This document shows, one piece after another, positions 1 to 9,903 of a stretch of 30,022 nucleotides of DNA; position 1 is the first letter of the stretch, and every line of letters begins with the position of its first letter. The stretch spans positions 1 through 30,022 of the forward strand of contig JBNPEG010000180.1 of assembly GCA_051117555.1 (NCBI GenBank), written 5' to 3'. Under the pieces are notes generated by a model. The model worked only from the letters and a program-made list of their open reading frames with translations, was not told the origin of the DNA and did not search any database. The stretch comes from Elainellaceae cyanobacterium (lineage in GTDB: Bacteria; Cyanobacteriota; Cyanobacteriia; CAZCXK01). Made by a program: the position numbers and the translations under genes.

Positions 1-114
1 GGGAGGCTCTATGAAATCTACACAGCAAGCTTGGAGGCTTGAGGTTGGGTTCGGAGTCCTCCCCTCAGCGATATGCTTTTAGGATAAATCCGAGGGGCGT
101 ACCGCTTATATACA

Positions 115-142
115 AGGTTGGGTTGACTCAGGAAACCCAACG
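115..142. repeat. Cyanobacterial REP/SDR-like palindrome (AGGTTGGGTTGA...GAAACCCAACG)
   Basis: GTTGGGTT and AACCCAAC are exact reverse complements around a short loop. Same family as the copy at 22494-22527. Confidence 0.6.
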
Positions 143-183
143 CTGGCAGGGTTTTCTCCATAGAATTGACAAAGGCTGGTGAC

Positions 184-1083
184 ATGACGCAACTGACAAC
201 GCGGGATAGTTTTGCTGAATCAGGCTTATATCTTCGACTCCGGACGCTTCGACAATTCCTTAAAGCGCTGGTGAGGAGTCCAAGCTCGAAGATTGGAGCG
301 ATTATTTTGCTGATTTTAGTTTTTACTGCGATCAATGCCGGGGCGATCGCCCCCTATGACCCGTTAGAACAAGGAATCGGACCATTACTATCGCCGCCGA
401 GCGCTGCCCATTGGTTTGGGACTGATGAATTTGGGCGGGATTTGTTTAGTCGAATTGTATTTGGTACGCGCCTGACGCTCAAAATTGGCTTAATCGCAGT
501 CGGCATTTCAATGACCGCAGGCGTGCTGATTGGCTTAGTGGGTGGCTATGCGGGTGGCTGGCTTGAAAGCCTACTGATGCGAGCGGTTGATGTATTATTT
601 TCATTCACTGAAACTCTCATTGCGCTAGCTGCTGTTGCCGTGTTGGGGCCGAGTTTGACAAACGCCATGATCGCAGTCGGCGTTAGCTCAATTCCGTTTT
701 ATGCCCGCGTCACATACGGGGCGGTGCTGGTTGAGAAAAATAAAGAATATTTCAAGGCGGCGCAAGCGGTTGGAGCCCGACATCTGCGGCTGATCTTTCG
801 CCATATTTTGCCCAATATTTTGTCGCCCATTATCGTGGTGGCAACGGTGGGGGTGTCTGTGGCGGTCTTGTCTGCGTCTGCGCTGTCGTTTTTGGGGTTG
901 GGCGCGCAGCCTCCGTCCCCTGAATGGGGAGCTATGCTAGCAGCCGGACGAGACTACTTCCGCCTTGCCCCCTGGATTACCACCTTTCCAGGATTGGCGA
1001 TCGCCTTAACGGTGCTAGGGTTCAATCTTCTAGGCGATGGTCTGAGAGAAGCGCTTGATCCTCAGCAGCGGGGACGAGGATAG
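184..1083 (+). CDS. Peptide/nickel ABC transporter permease (DppC/OppC family)
   Basis: HWFGTDEFGRDLFSRIVFG, EAA-type loop (EYFKAAQAVGA...HILPN), LSFLGLGAQPPSPEWG and FNLLGDGLREALDP. ATG at 184 preferred over TTG at 166. Confidence 0.93.
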   Translation: MTQLTTRDSFAESGLYLRLRTLRQFLKALVRSPSSKIGAIILLILVFTAINAGAIAPYDPLEQGIGPLLSPPSAAHWFGTDEFGRDLFSRIVFGTRLTLKIGLIAVGISMTAGVLIGLVGGYAGGWLESLLMRAVDVLFSFTETLIALAAVAVLGPSLTNAMIAVGVSSIPFYARVTYGAVLVEKNKEYFKAAQAVGARHLRLIFRHILPNILSPIIVVATVGVSVAVLSASALSFLGLGAQPPSPEWGAMLAAGRDYFRLAPWITTFPGLAIALTVLGFNLLGDGLREALDPQQRGRG

Positions 1084-1176
1084 CAGAAGCAGTCCACAGG
1101 TTGCGAAGTAAGACCAATTCTTCGAAGTCAGGCTACCAATGAACAGGCTAGAACCCTTGCAAGGCTGGTGGCCATC

Positions 1177-1202
1177 AATCCAAAATCGCAAATCCAAAAT
1201 CG
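1177..1202. repeat. STRR-like heptamer tandem repeat (AATCCAA AATCGCA AATCCAA AATCG)
   Basis: Three and a half degenerate 7-bp units in an intergenic spacer. This repeat type is typical of filamentous cyanobacteria. Confidence 0.65.
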
Positions 1203-1251
1203 AGAATTGGTATAAGACAGGTTCAATTCTACAGCGGGTAATGACGTAGGT

Positions 1252-1950
1252 ATGACGTTCTCAATTGTTGCTCGTGACCCCCACACTGGAATGATGGGCG
1301 TCGCGGTCTCTACTAAAAATTTAGCGGTGGGTGCGCTGGTGCCCTTTGCCAAATCAAACATTGGGGCGATCGCCACCCAAGCCACAACCAATCCGATGTT
1401 GGGCATCAACGGCTTAGATTTACTCAGACAACACGATGCTGAAACCACCCTCCAGCAGCTTTTACGTCAAGACGTGGGTCGAGATCATCGCCAGATTCAC
1501 CTTGTTGATCGCGACGGCAAAACCGCCGCATGGACGGGGCCCGACTGTGTTGAATGGGGTGGACATCTCACCTTTGCAAATGTTTCCATTGCAGGCAATA
1601 TGTTGGTCAGCTCAGATACCATTCAGGCAATGGCGGATGCGTATCACACTCATACGGACATCGTGTTCTCAGAGCGGCTATTATTAGCTCTAACAGCCGG
1701 ACAATCCGCAGGAGGTGATAAACGCGGACGACAATCTGCCGCACTCTACATCGTAGATGATCAGATTTATCCATTTCTCGACTTGCGCGTAGATGATCAC
1801 AGCCATCCCATCAATGAGTTAAAGCGGCTCTTAGTTGAATCGCAACAAGACTACTATCAAGACTTTCGGCGATCGCTCCCGACTCGCACTAGCGCTTGGG
1901 GTCAGGTTGATTCGCTCTCAACATCGTCCTCCATTGCCGTTCAACCGTAA
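1252..1950 (+). CDS. DUF1028 family Ntn-hydrolase-like protein
   Basis: N-terminal MTFSIVARD, GVAVST, GAIATQA, AAWTG, IAGNML, AGGDKRGRQSAAL and DLRVDDH are typical of DUF1028. Confidence 0.88.
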   Translation: MTFSIVARDPHTGMMGVAVSTKNLAVGALVPFAKSNIGAIATQATTNPMLGINGLDLLRQHDAETTLQQLLRQDVGRDHRQIHLVDRDGKTAAWTGPDCVEWGGHLTFANVSIAGNMLVSSDTIQAMADAYHTHTDIVFSERLLLALTAGQSAGGDKRGRQSAALYIVDDQIYPFLDLRVDDHSHPINELKRLLVESQQDYYQDFRRSLPTRTSAWGQVDSLSTSSSIAVQP

Positions 1951-2000
1951 TAACAGTTTTCAGTCGTATCCCCCAGTTCAAAACCAGTTCAAACGTCGCC

Positions 2001-3011
<1,011 letters not shown>

Positions 3012-3078
3012 CGATCGCCCGAGATTTTCAGACTCTTCAAAGTCCTTCAGATACACTCTCTCATTCTTGTCACGCGTT

Positions 3079-4098
3079 ATGGTCGAAACCCAGGCAAATA
3101 CCTCAAATACCACTCAGCAAAGCACGTCGCTCATGCAGGTGAATGACCTGCAAGTCTACTTCCCAGTATTTCAAGGACTGATTTTGCAACGTCAAACAGG
3201 ATGGGTGAAAGCCGTTGATGGTCTGACATTTGATATCCGTCAAGGCGAAACGTTAGGCTTGGTCGGAGAATCGGGATGTGGCAAAAGCACAACCGGACGA
3301 GCCATCTTACAGCTCATACGCCCCACCGGAGGGCAGGTCTTTTTTGAAGGTCAGGATCTGACTGCCACTCAGGGTGAGCCGCTGCGCCAAATGCGACAAC
3401 GGATGCAAATGATTTTTCAAGACCCCTACGCATCCCTCAATCCTCGAATGACGGTAGGGGCGATCGTGGGTGAACCGTTAGAAGTATTTAATTTAGCCTC
3501 TGGAAGCGCCAAGCAAGACCGCATCCATCAGCTCCTCGAAGTCGTTGGGCTAAATCCCAAATTTATCCACCGATATCCCCATGAATTTTCGGGTGGGCAA
3601 CGGCAGCGCGTCGTCATCGCGAGAGCCCTAGCTTCCAGTCCAGACTTTATCGTATGTGATGAGCCTATTGCGGCCCTAGATGTGTCTATTCAAGCCCAAG
3701 TGGTTAATCTGATGCAGTCTTTGCAAGACGAGTTTGGGCTAACCTACCTCTTTATCGCGCATGACCTCAGCGTGGTGCATCATATCTCCGATCGCATCGC
3801 AGTTATGTACCTAGGCAAGATTGTAGAACTGGCAGACCGTCTATCTCTCTACGAAAATCCGCTGCATCCCTACACAAAGGCACTACTATCAGCCGTTCCG
3901 ATTCCCGATCCAGTCATTGAGGCAAAGCGAGAGCGCATTATTTTGCGGGGTGATGTTCCGAGTCCGACGAGCCCGCCTAAAGGATGTCGGTTTCATACGC
4001 GGTGTCCTATTGCGGTGGATGAGTGTCGTCAAGACCCAGAACCTGAGTTTCGAGATGTGGGGAATGGGCATTATGTTGCGTGTCATCTGGTTGAGTAA
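3079..4098 (+). CDS. Peptide ABC transporter ATP-binding subunit (DppF/OppF family)
   Basis: [39 protein letters not shown] and [11 protein letters not shown] at 3079 avoids overlap with the upstream gene. Confidence 0.94.
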   Translation: MVETQANTSNTTQQSTSLMQVNDLQVYFPVFQGLILQRQTGWVKAVDGLTFDIRQGETLGLVGESGCGKSTTGRAILQLIRPTGGQVFFEGQDLTATQGEPLRQMRQRMQMIFQDPYASLNPRMTVGAIVGEPLEVFNLASGSAKQDRIHQLLEVVGLNPKFIHRYPHEFSGGQRQRVVIARALASSPDFIVCDEPIAALDVSIQAQVVNLMQSLQDEFGLTYLFIAHDLSVVHHISDRIAVMYLGKIVELADRLSLYENPLHPYTKALLSAVPIPDPVIEAKRERIILRGDVPSPTSPPKGCRFHTRCPIAVDECRQDPEPEFRDVGNGHYVACHLVE

Positions 4099-4302
4099 TT
4101 AGTCGTCAGTAGGCACTGCAAGGTAGATAATCACCCCTATGGAGAAGGATGCCATTGCCCCATGAGGTGGGATGTGCATCATCATCCAATAGGAACTCAT
4201 TGCAATACTCAACCGAATCCCGATAGGGCTAGTTACGTATTCTAGAAGGTCGAAAAGACCCAGCAATGCTCGCATGATAGTCAACGCTGAAACAGACATG
4301 GC

Positions 4303-5151
4303 TTACGCTTTCCCGGATAGAAAACCAACTAAATTTTGGATAAATGATTGGCTAATTTGACTGTCATGGGCTTGAGATGAGGCAAGTTCTACTACCTCAG
4401 ATTTGGTTTCTATGGAGGGTGCAGTAGCAATGAGCGGCATTTCTTCTGCTAGACCTGACACCATAAGCCGAAAGGCAATTTGCTGGACTTTTTCGGTGGG
4501 TAGTTGAAGCTGTTGGGCGATCGCATTCAATGACACCGTTCCATCTGTAAATTCCCAGACCTGCCATTCAGCTTGATTGAGCCGCAGTTGAGGTTTGCCG
4601 TCGATGGCGCTGATTAGCGCTGAGGTGGGCTGAGGTAGCTTGTCGGCTAGGGCAGACCAGTTTTTGAGTGCGCGCAATCCCGCTAACGTCACTTCTGTCG
4701 CGGGTGCACTCAACCCCGTCATCTCAGAGGAGGGAAGCGGTGCTTTGGGGTCAAACTGAAACCATCCATCATCGAGCGTGAACAACGCACAGATTTGCTG
4801 CATCACTTGTGAATAGAATAGAAGCTTGAGCTGCTCTGCACTCAGCACCCCTTGAGATTTGAGATGTAAGCCTGCTGGGGTATTTTCCGTGCGCGACTGA
4901 GCAAGACGAGATGCAGCGCGATCGCCCATCCAGCCGCGTTGACTGATTAATCGAAGTAAGCCCTGCTGATCGAGAGTATTCGCAGCCGCAACAATACGGC
5001 CTTGATTAAACCAAACGTGATGGTTTCGCTTTTTGTCCGAGCCTGCTTCTCCTAGCGCACAGATAGTCAGTAAGCCAATTTTGCTGCCTTGCTCCAAAAA
5101 CTGAAATAGCTCTGCTAGAGTGAATTCTGCTAAGTAACCTGTAATAGCCAT
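4303..5151 (-). CDS. DUF4388 (PATAN-like) domain protein with C-terminal wHTH-like segment
   Basis: N-terminal GYLAEFTLAELFQFLEQGSKIGLLTI, VWFNQGRIVAA and LDDGWFQF match DUF4388. LNQAEWQVW..TDGTVSLNAIAQQL..VQQIAFRLMVSGL resembles a winged helix. Confidence 0.8.
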   Translation of the reverse strand: MAITGYLAEFTLAELFQFLEQGSKIGLLTICALGEAGSDKKRNHHVWFNQGRIVAAANTLDQQGLLRLISQRGWMGDRAASRLAQSRTENTPAGLHLKSQGVLSAEQLKLLFYSQVMQQICALFTLDDGWFQFDPKAPLPSSEMTGLSAPATEVTLAGLRALKNWSALADKLPQPTSALISAIDGKPQLRLNQAEWQVWEFTDGTVSLNAIAQQLQLPTEKVQQIAFRLMVSGLAEEMPLIATAPSIETKSEVVELASSQAHDSQISQSFIQNLVGFLSGKA

Positions 5152-5271
5152 GATGAATCCTTATAAATTAATGGTGTGGTTGCAACTAAACTGTGTTTGT
5201 GTCTAGTGTGTTGCGTTTCTAAAATGCCTGATATTGAAAGCTGGAGTGATGACGTGATGGTAGAGAGAAGG

Positions 5272-5811
5272 TCACACAAAGCATCCTTGCGTAGAGTGCT
5301 CGACCAATTTGATGATAGCTCTTGCAACAGACGAAGCATCCGTTGGGTTAACCTGAATCATGGGAGGGCACTTCGATGAATTCAAATAGCCAAGCGCAAT
5401 ACTAATATTTTCAGGCTCCCATGCGTCCTCGCAATCGACGTGGGTTAACCCAATGATCATCGGAACGTGCGATCGCTGTTTCATAAATGTCAGGATGCGA
5501 CGGGCATACCGAAACTCACCGGGGCGATGCGCTGCGACTAGTAGCACGTAGGCATGGGCTTTGCGGATGAGAATGTCCCACATGAAATCAAAACGCGATT
5601 GCCCAGGAGTTCCATACAAATGAAGAGCCATATCAGGACCAAATTGCAGCCGTCCAAAGTCAAGAGCCACCGTCGTTTTTTTCTTTAAATAGAGTGTTTC
5701 ATCCGTCGCTCTGCAATCGGTATCCACAACCTCGATTTCACTAACTGAGCGGATAAAGGTAGACTTCCCGGCACCTACAGGGCCGGTCACTACTAAGCGC
5801 ATGATTTCCAT
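5272..5811 (-). CDS. Small Ras-like GTPase, MglA/CvnD-like (ATP/GTP-binding protein)
   Basis: G1 GPVGAGKS, switch I TTVALDFG, G3 LYGTPGQSRF and G4-like THVD. Start set at the ATG at 5811 (MEIMRL). Confidence 0.9.
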   Translation of the reverse strand: MEIMRLVVTGPVGAGKSTFIRSVSEIEVVDTDCRATDETLYLKKKTTVALDFGRLQFGPDMALHLYGTPGQSRFDFMWDILIRKAHAYVLLVAAHRPGEFRYARRILTFMKQRSHVPMIIGLTHVDCEDAWEPENISIALGYLNSSKCPPMIQVNPTDASSVARAIIKLVEHSTQGCFV

Positions 5812-5889
5812 ACTAGATGCCAAGCAAGTAATCGTTATTGCCAATAAATTAGTTATTGAAAGTCATCCATCTGTGGGAATTTGGGCGAC

Positions 5890-5919
5890 AACCTATACGT
5901 CCTGGTAGTGTTATGTCAA
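5890..5919 (-). promoter_or_regulatory. Candidate internal sigma70-type promoter for GTPase-DUF4388
   Basis: Minus strand reads TTGACA-N18-TAGGTT (perfect -35, TANNNT -10), about 80 nt upstream of the GTPase ATG. Confidence 0.4.
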
Positions 5920-6129
5920 TCAGTTGCGTAGGTCTATTAGATAGTAGATATCACGGTATTGCTGATTCCAGGAATGATGATTGAAAGGGCAAAGCTACAT
6001 CACCGTATGAGGCGTTATACCAATTCGCAAATCAGAGTTGCGCAAACCGTGAAAACCACTCAGCGACCCCACTTACCCATCCCACATCCGACATCCAAAA
6101 TCGGAAATTGGTATGACTGCTATCTAAAT

Positions 6130-6173
6130 GAATTCTACGGATAGAATTCTACAGATAGAATTCTACGGATAGA
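6130..6173. repeat. 14-bp tandem repeat x3 (GAATTCTAC(G/A)GATA)
   Basis: Units at 6130, 6144 and 6158, with one substitution in the middle unit. Confidence 0.95.
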
Positions 6174-6182
6174 GTGGATCGC

Positions 6183-6554
6183 TCATATCAAAGCATTTTT
6201 CAGCTCTGACAAAGCACGCTTGATTTCTAACATCAGCAATCCTTGCTTTGCTGCTTGGTTCGCCAAAACCAAGAAAACTGCATCCTCACCGCAACTCGTT
6301 AATACACCATATCCTTGATTGCCTTCTACAAAAATTCGATCGATGGTGCCCCTGGCAAGTTCATTACCGATGCGTTCTCCCAATGAAAGCATTGCTGCCG
6401 ACATCGCAGATACCCTTTCTTCATCCATTGCGCCGGGTAGACTTGCCGCTAGAGGTAACCCATCTGGAGTAACGACGGCTGCTCCTTGAACATCATTAGT
6501 AGACGTCACAAAGTTTTGCAGAATGCTGGTTAATTTTTCAGTGCTAATTGCCAT
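6183..6554 (-). CDS. Roadblock/LC7 (MglB-like) protein
   Basis: VQGAAVVTPDGLPLAS-type motif, ERVSAMSAAMLSLGERIGNEL, IFVEGNQGY and GLLMLEIKR. 123 aa, next to an MglA-like GTPase. Confidence 0.92.
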   Translation of the reverse strand: MAISTEKLTSILQNFVTSTNDVQGAAVVTPDGLPLAASLPGAMDEERVSAMSAAMLSLGERIGNELARGTIDRIFVEGNQGYGVLTSCGEDAVFLVLANQAAKQGLLMLEIKRALSELKNALI

Positions 6555-6627
6555 GATTGTTCCTTGTCAGAGTGAGAAATGAGAGGAGATATCAAATAGA
6601 AAAGGGGATTGAATACCTAACGAGACA

Positions 6628-7182
6628 TTACATCGCATTGGCGCCAGTGGTGATCAGTCGCCTAAAGAGATTCTCAGTCCACCCTGTTTCTCGTAAAACC
6701 GCAGAGGATGAAATCTCAATATAGGCTTGTTCAATGAATGCCAAATCAATCATGCAAATTTTGCTGAGCGCATCGCGAACTGCTTCATCTTTGCCGTCTG
6801 TGTGCGATCGCTTGCTGACTTCATGAACGACTGTCGCCATTGCTGGAACGACATGCTGAGGACCAATGCCGATGCGGACATGAATAATGCCAATCTTCCA
6901 ACGGCACTCAGCGTAAGCATCGCTCCAGTCATCAATACCAGTAAACATTTCATGAAACCATTGAACAAACGTTTCTCTGAGCCGATGAATTCGTCCTTCA
7001 GAGGCATTGAGAATGGCGCTCATTTCTTCGTCTCGCCCCATGTAAGCATAAAAGTGATCTGCCATGTCAGGGGCAATGAGCAACCCCCAATCCGCATTTG
7101 CTTTTAGTATTGCTTTCTCGTCTGCGTTAAAGTTCGTCCGAAATGACATTTTAGTCATGAAAGAATGCGGCTCTAGTGCCAT
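6628..7182 (-). CDS. Single-domain sensor globin (protoglobin/HemAT-like sensor domain)
   Basis: B-helix ADHFYAYM (B10 Tyr), F-helix KIGIIHVRIGI (proximal His) and ALSKICMIDL. An AGGAG ribosome-binding site sits 9 nt before the ATG at 7182. The ORF track starts at 7215. Confidence 0.87.
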   Translation of the reverse strand: MALEPHSFMTKMSFRTNFNADEKAILKANADWGLLIAPDMADHFYAYMGRDEEMSAILNASEGRIHRLRETFVQWFHEMFTGIDDWSDAYAECRWKIGIIHVRIGIGPQHVVPAMATVVHEVSKRSHTDGKDEAVRDALSKICMIDLAFIEQAYIEISSSAVLRETGWTENLFRRLITTGANAM

Positions 7183-8260
7183 GTGAACATGCTCCTTTTG
7201 AGGAAATTGGGTCATTCATGCTCACTGTTGTAACAGCTCAATCGATACGTTTAACATCGAATGAATACGTAAATTAAAAGTTGAGCGTTTCGGCTGAATT
7301 GATTAACAATCCTCGATACATTGTTCACTAAACTTGACAGAAAATCCTCGAAAATGACGAACTTACACAAAGTATTGTTAAGTTTCATCAACCCAAATCC
7401 AGACACATTGCTTAATCTAAACAGCATAATTTAAGCTGATTCTCTGGTTCGCGACAGAAAAAGATATGCGTGATTAGCCGAATCTGGCTCCAGGTAAGGA
7501 TTGCAAATTTAACAATTTTAATATTGTTATATGTAGTTGGATTGGCTGATTTTCAATACGCCAATCCAAACAGGTGATCGTCTGTCCACCGCTTAATGAT
7601 TTGTTAATGATCGATTGGATGTCTAGAAAATTAACTTTTTTGTCAGTTGGTTTCAATTAATTTCAACCCTATGTTGTTTTGTATCTAATAGAGTTCGTAT
7701 ATTCACGAGTAATTTTGTATACGTTTCTTAAAATTCCGCCCTTAATTCTTCCCTTGGAGATCCTATCCGGGGGTGCGGCAAAGACCTCCACAGGGGATAA
7801 AACCTCTCTACTCAACCTGAATACCCTCTGCTAGTGAGAAACCAATCGCTCTGAGAATCCAATCGTTTGCAATTAAACCCAAATTTGTTGTGCTATGTAA
7901 AAAACTTTGGGGTATGAGGGTCAAACTTTATAAAATAAGAAGTGGAAGGGTTATTCGCTATGTCACGACTATTTGTCTAGATCAAATCTGAACTCTTCTG
8001 TAGCTGTATAGCTTGTAAATTTCGCGTACATACAAAGACGTTGAACTGCAAGGTGATAGGCGAAACATAAGGATATCAATCGGTTCATGAATATCGATTA
8101 GGGGATTTAGAGCTGAGATGCGATCGCTTCAGCTAATCAATCATTCTGCAATTTTTCAATAATTCACCTATGCTTTAAATTCAACTGATATAAATTCTAT
8201 CAATATGAAAACTTAGAGATATTTTGTTGTTAGTGTCATCTAGCTAAAGACATAGTTTCT

Positions 8261-8290
8261 AAAGCATATTAAAGCATATTAAAGCATATT
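8261..8290. repeat. 10-bp tandem repeat x3 (AAAGCATATT)
   Basis: Three exact units 41 nt upstream of the PRC-barrel gene start. Confidence 0.95.
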
Positions 8291-8331
8291 GGCTTAATTA
8301 TTGACCTTACTTTTTAACCGGAGATGAGCAA

Positions 8332-9105
8332 ATGAATAGACCACAATCCTTAGTTAAACAAAGCGAATTGCCTGATCGACTGGTTCTCGACTGCAAAACG
8401 ACTGAAGAATTGGGACGAGTTGATGAATTGTGGCTTGATCCCCATGCTCATGAGGTTAGAGGGCTGACCAGCCAGACAGGATTTTGGAACAAGAAAACCC
8501 GCGCATTTATGTGGGAGCGGATTAAAACCATTGGCAAAGACAGCATATTGGTAGACAGTGAAGGGATTGAAACACCTGTCAAGAAACCTGAAGGCGTTAA
8601 GCCCATCATCGGCCACGAGCTGTGGACTGATGCAGGCAGTAAAGCCGGTCACATCGTTGACTACCTGATTGATCCAGAGACTGGCAAGATTGCTTACTAT
8701 CTGTTTCGTTCAGATGGCTGGAGTGGTCTTATGGACGGCATTTATGCATTGTCACCCGCTGCCATTTCGAGCATTGGAAGTAAACGTCTTATCGCAGACG
8801 ATACTGCGGTTCGTGAGAGTGAGAAGTATGCCGAAGGGTTAGAACAGAAACTGCACGCTGCCCAAGAATTCTTGAAGCAGGATTTAGAAAAAACTAAAGA
8901 CGATTGGGACGTTGCCCAGCAAAAGGGGCAGGCGATCGCCGAGCAGGTCAAGGAAAAGACTCAAACCGTCACCGAACAACTTAAAGACTCGTTGGCTCAA
9001 TCAGATTCGTCCCCGGACGCGACGCCATCATCGGATAACGATTCCGAATCCGATACAGCAGCGGCATCCGATACAGCCGATGAGCGGAAAACGAGTAACG
9101 TCTAG
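8332..9105 (+). CDS. PRC-barrel domain protein (two PRC barrels plus helical/acidic tail)
   Basis: LVLDCKTTEELGRVDELWLDP...IKTIGKDSILV and ELWTDAGSKAGHIVDYLIDPETGKI...ISSIGSKRLI are tandem PRC-barrel patterns. Confidence 0.82.
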   Translation: MNRPQSLVKQSELPDRLVLDCKTTEELGRVDELWLDPHAHEVRGLTSQTGFWNKKTRAFMWERIKTIGKDSILVDSEGIETPVKKPEGVKPIIGHELWTDAGSKAGHIVDYLIDPETGKIAYYLFRSDGWSGLMDGIYALSPAAISSIGSKRLIADDTAVRESEKYAEGLEQKLHAAQEFLKQDLEKTKDDWDVAQQKGQAIAEQVKEKTQTVTEQLKDSLAQSDSSPDATPSSDNDSESDTAAASDTADERKTSNV

Positions 9106-9141
9106 CAGTTGTTTCCGTTTCTACAAAGGAAGGTAATTAAT

Positions 9142-9777
9142 ATGAATGATCGTCCTAACCAATCCCACGATACAGAGAAAACTACCGATCATGCCGCTGT
9201 GGCGAATGGACAAGATGCGACATTGGCCACGGGCGATCGCCCCGGATCGCGAGAAGAGCATTTAGAAGACCGCATCCACCAGGTGCTAGAGCAAAAGCTC
9301 ATTTCACTGTTGGATAACGAAAGCACCAACCGAGAAATTCATTGGCTTAGACGGCAGGTCAACTGGTCAATCGGGTTCTTAGTTGCGCTGATTATTGTGC
9401 TGGGTGGAGCGTTTACATGGTTTGCCTATCGCCTGCAAACCCGGGTGCAACCCACCCCACAAACGGCGACTCCCAGTGAGATCGCTCCCGAAGATTTAGA
9501 GCAGCTTGAGCAGTTTCAGACTGAGATTCAAAACCAGATTCAAACGCTGGGCGATCGCATTCCAGAAAACTTGCCAGAAACCCTCAGCACCAATCAAGAC
9601 CAGCTTCAATCTGTCTCTGAACGGCTTGCCACCCTGGAAAGTGCAGTCAGTGAAAATCAGCAGTCACTGACTGATTTGGAAACATCAATTGAGGACTTGG
9701 ATCAATCTCTCCAGCTTGGCGAGCGCGGTTTGTCTAACTTGCAGCAAGAATCTGATTCAGGTTCGAATTCGAGATGA
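9142..9777 (+). CDS. Hypothetical single-pass membrane protein with C-terminal coiled coil
   Basis: Hydrophobic segment WSIGFLVALIIVLGGAFTWFAY and Q/E/L heptads. AGGAAGG lies upstream of the ATG at 9142. Confidence 0.72.
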   Translation: MNDRPNQSHDTEKTTDHAAVANGQDATLATGDRPGSREEHLEDRIHQVLEQKLISLLDNESTNREIHWLRRQVNWSIGFLVALIIVLGGAFTWFAYRLQTRVQPTPQTATPSEIAPEDLEQLEQFQTEIQNQIQTLGDRIPENLPETLSTNQDQLQSVSERLATLESAVSENQQSLTDLETSIEDLDQSLQLGERGLSNLQQESDSGSNSR

Positions 9778-9809
9778 TTTTACGGGGTTAGCCACATAGA
9801 GTTGCTAAC

Positions 9810-9828
9810 GCGGGCAAGATGCCTACAC
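9810..9828. repeat. Degenerate REP-like element GCGGGCAAGATGCCTACAC between convergent genes
   Basis: Imperfect palindrome resembling the cyanobacterial GCGGGCAAGATGCCCGC repeat (recalled pattern, not searched). Confidence 0.4.
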
Positions 9829-9903
9829 TCCCATTTGGTATGACGAATCCCAAGGAGAACACACAGCACTCCAACGGTCACGTCATACCATTTTCCTATG
9901 ACC

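Noticed and set aside
6130..6173. Tandem repeats here and at 26097-26132 as mini CRISPR arrays
   Set aside because: Units are 14-15 bp, directly adjacent with no spacers, and no cas genes are present.
7334..7362. Plus-strand TTGACA as a promoter
   Set aside because: No -10-like hexamer at 16-18 nt spacing.
7709..7722. NtcA box GTA-N8-TAC
   Set aside because: No TAN3T at the usual ~22-nt spacing on either strand, over 500 nt from both start codons, and expected by chance in AT-rich DNA.
7760..7800. c-di-GMP-I riboswitch suggested by GGCAAAGACCTCC
   Set aside because: Only one hairpin is visible. The GNRA tetraloop/receptor two-stem architecture is not.
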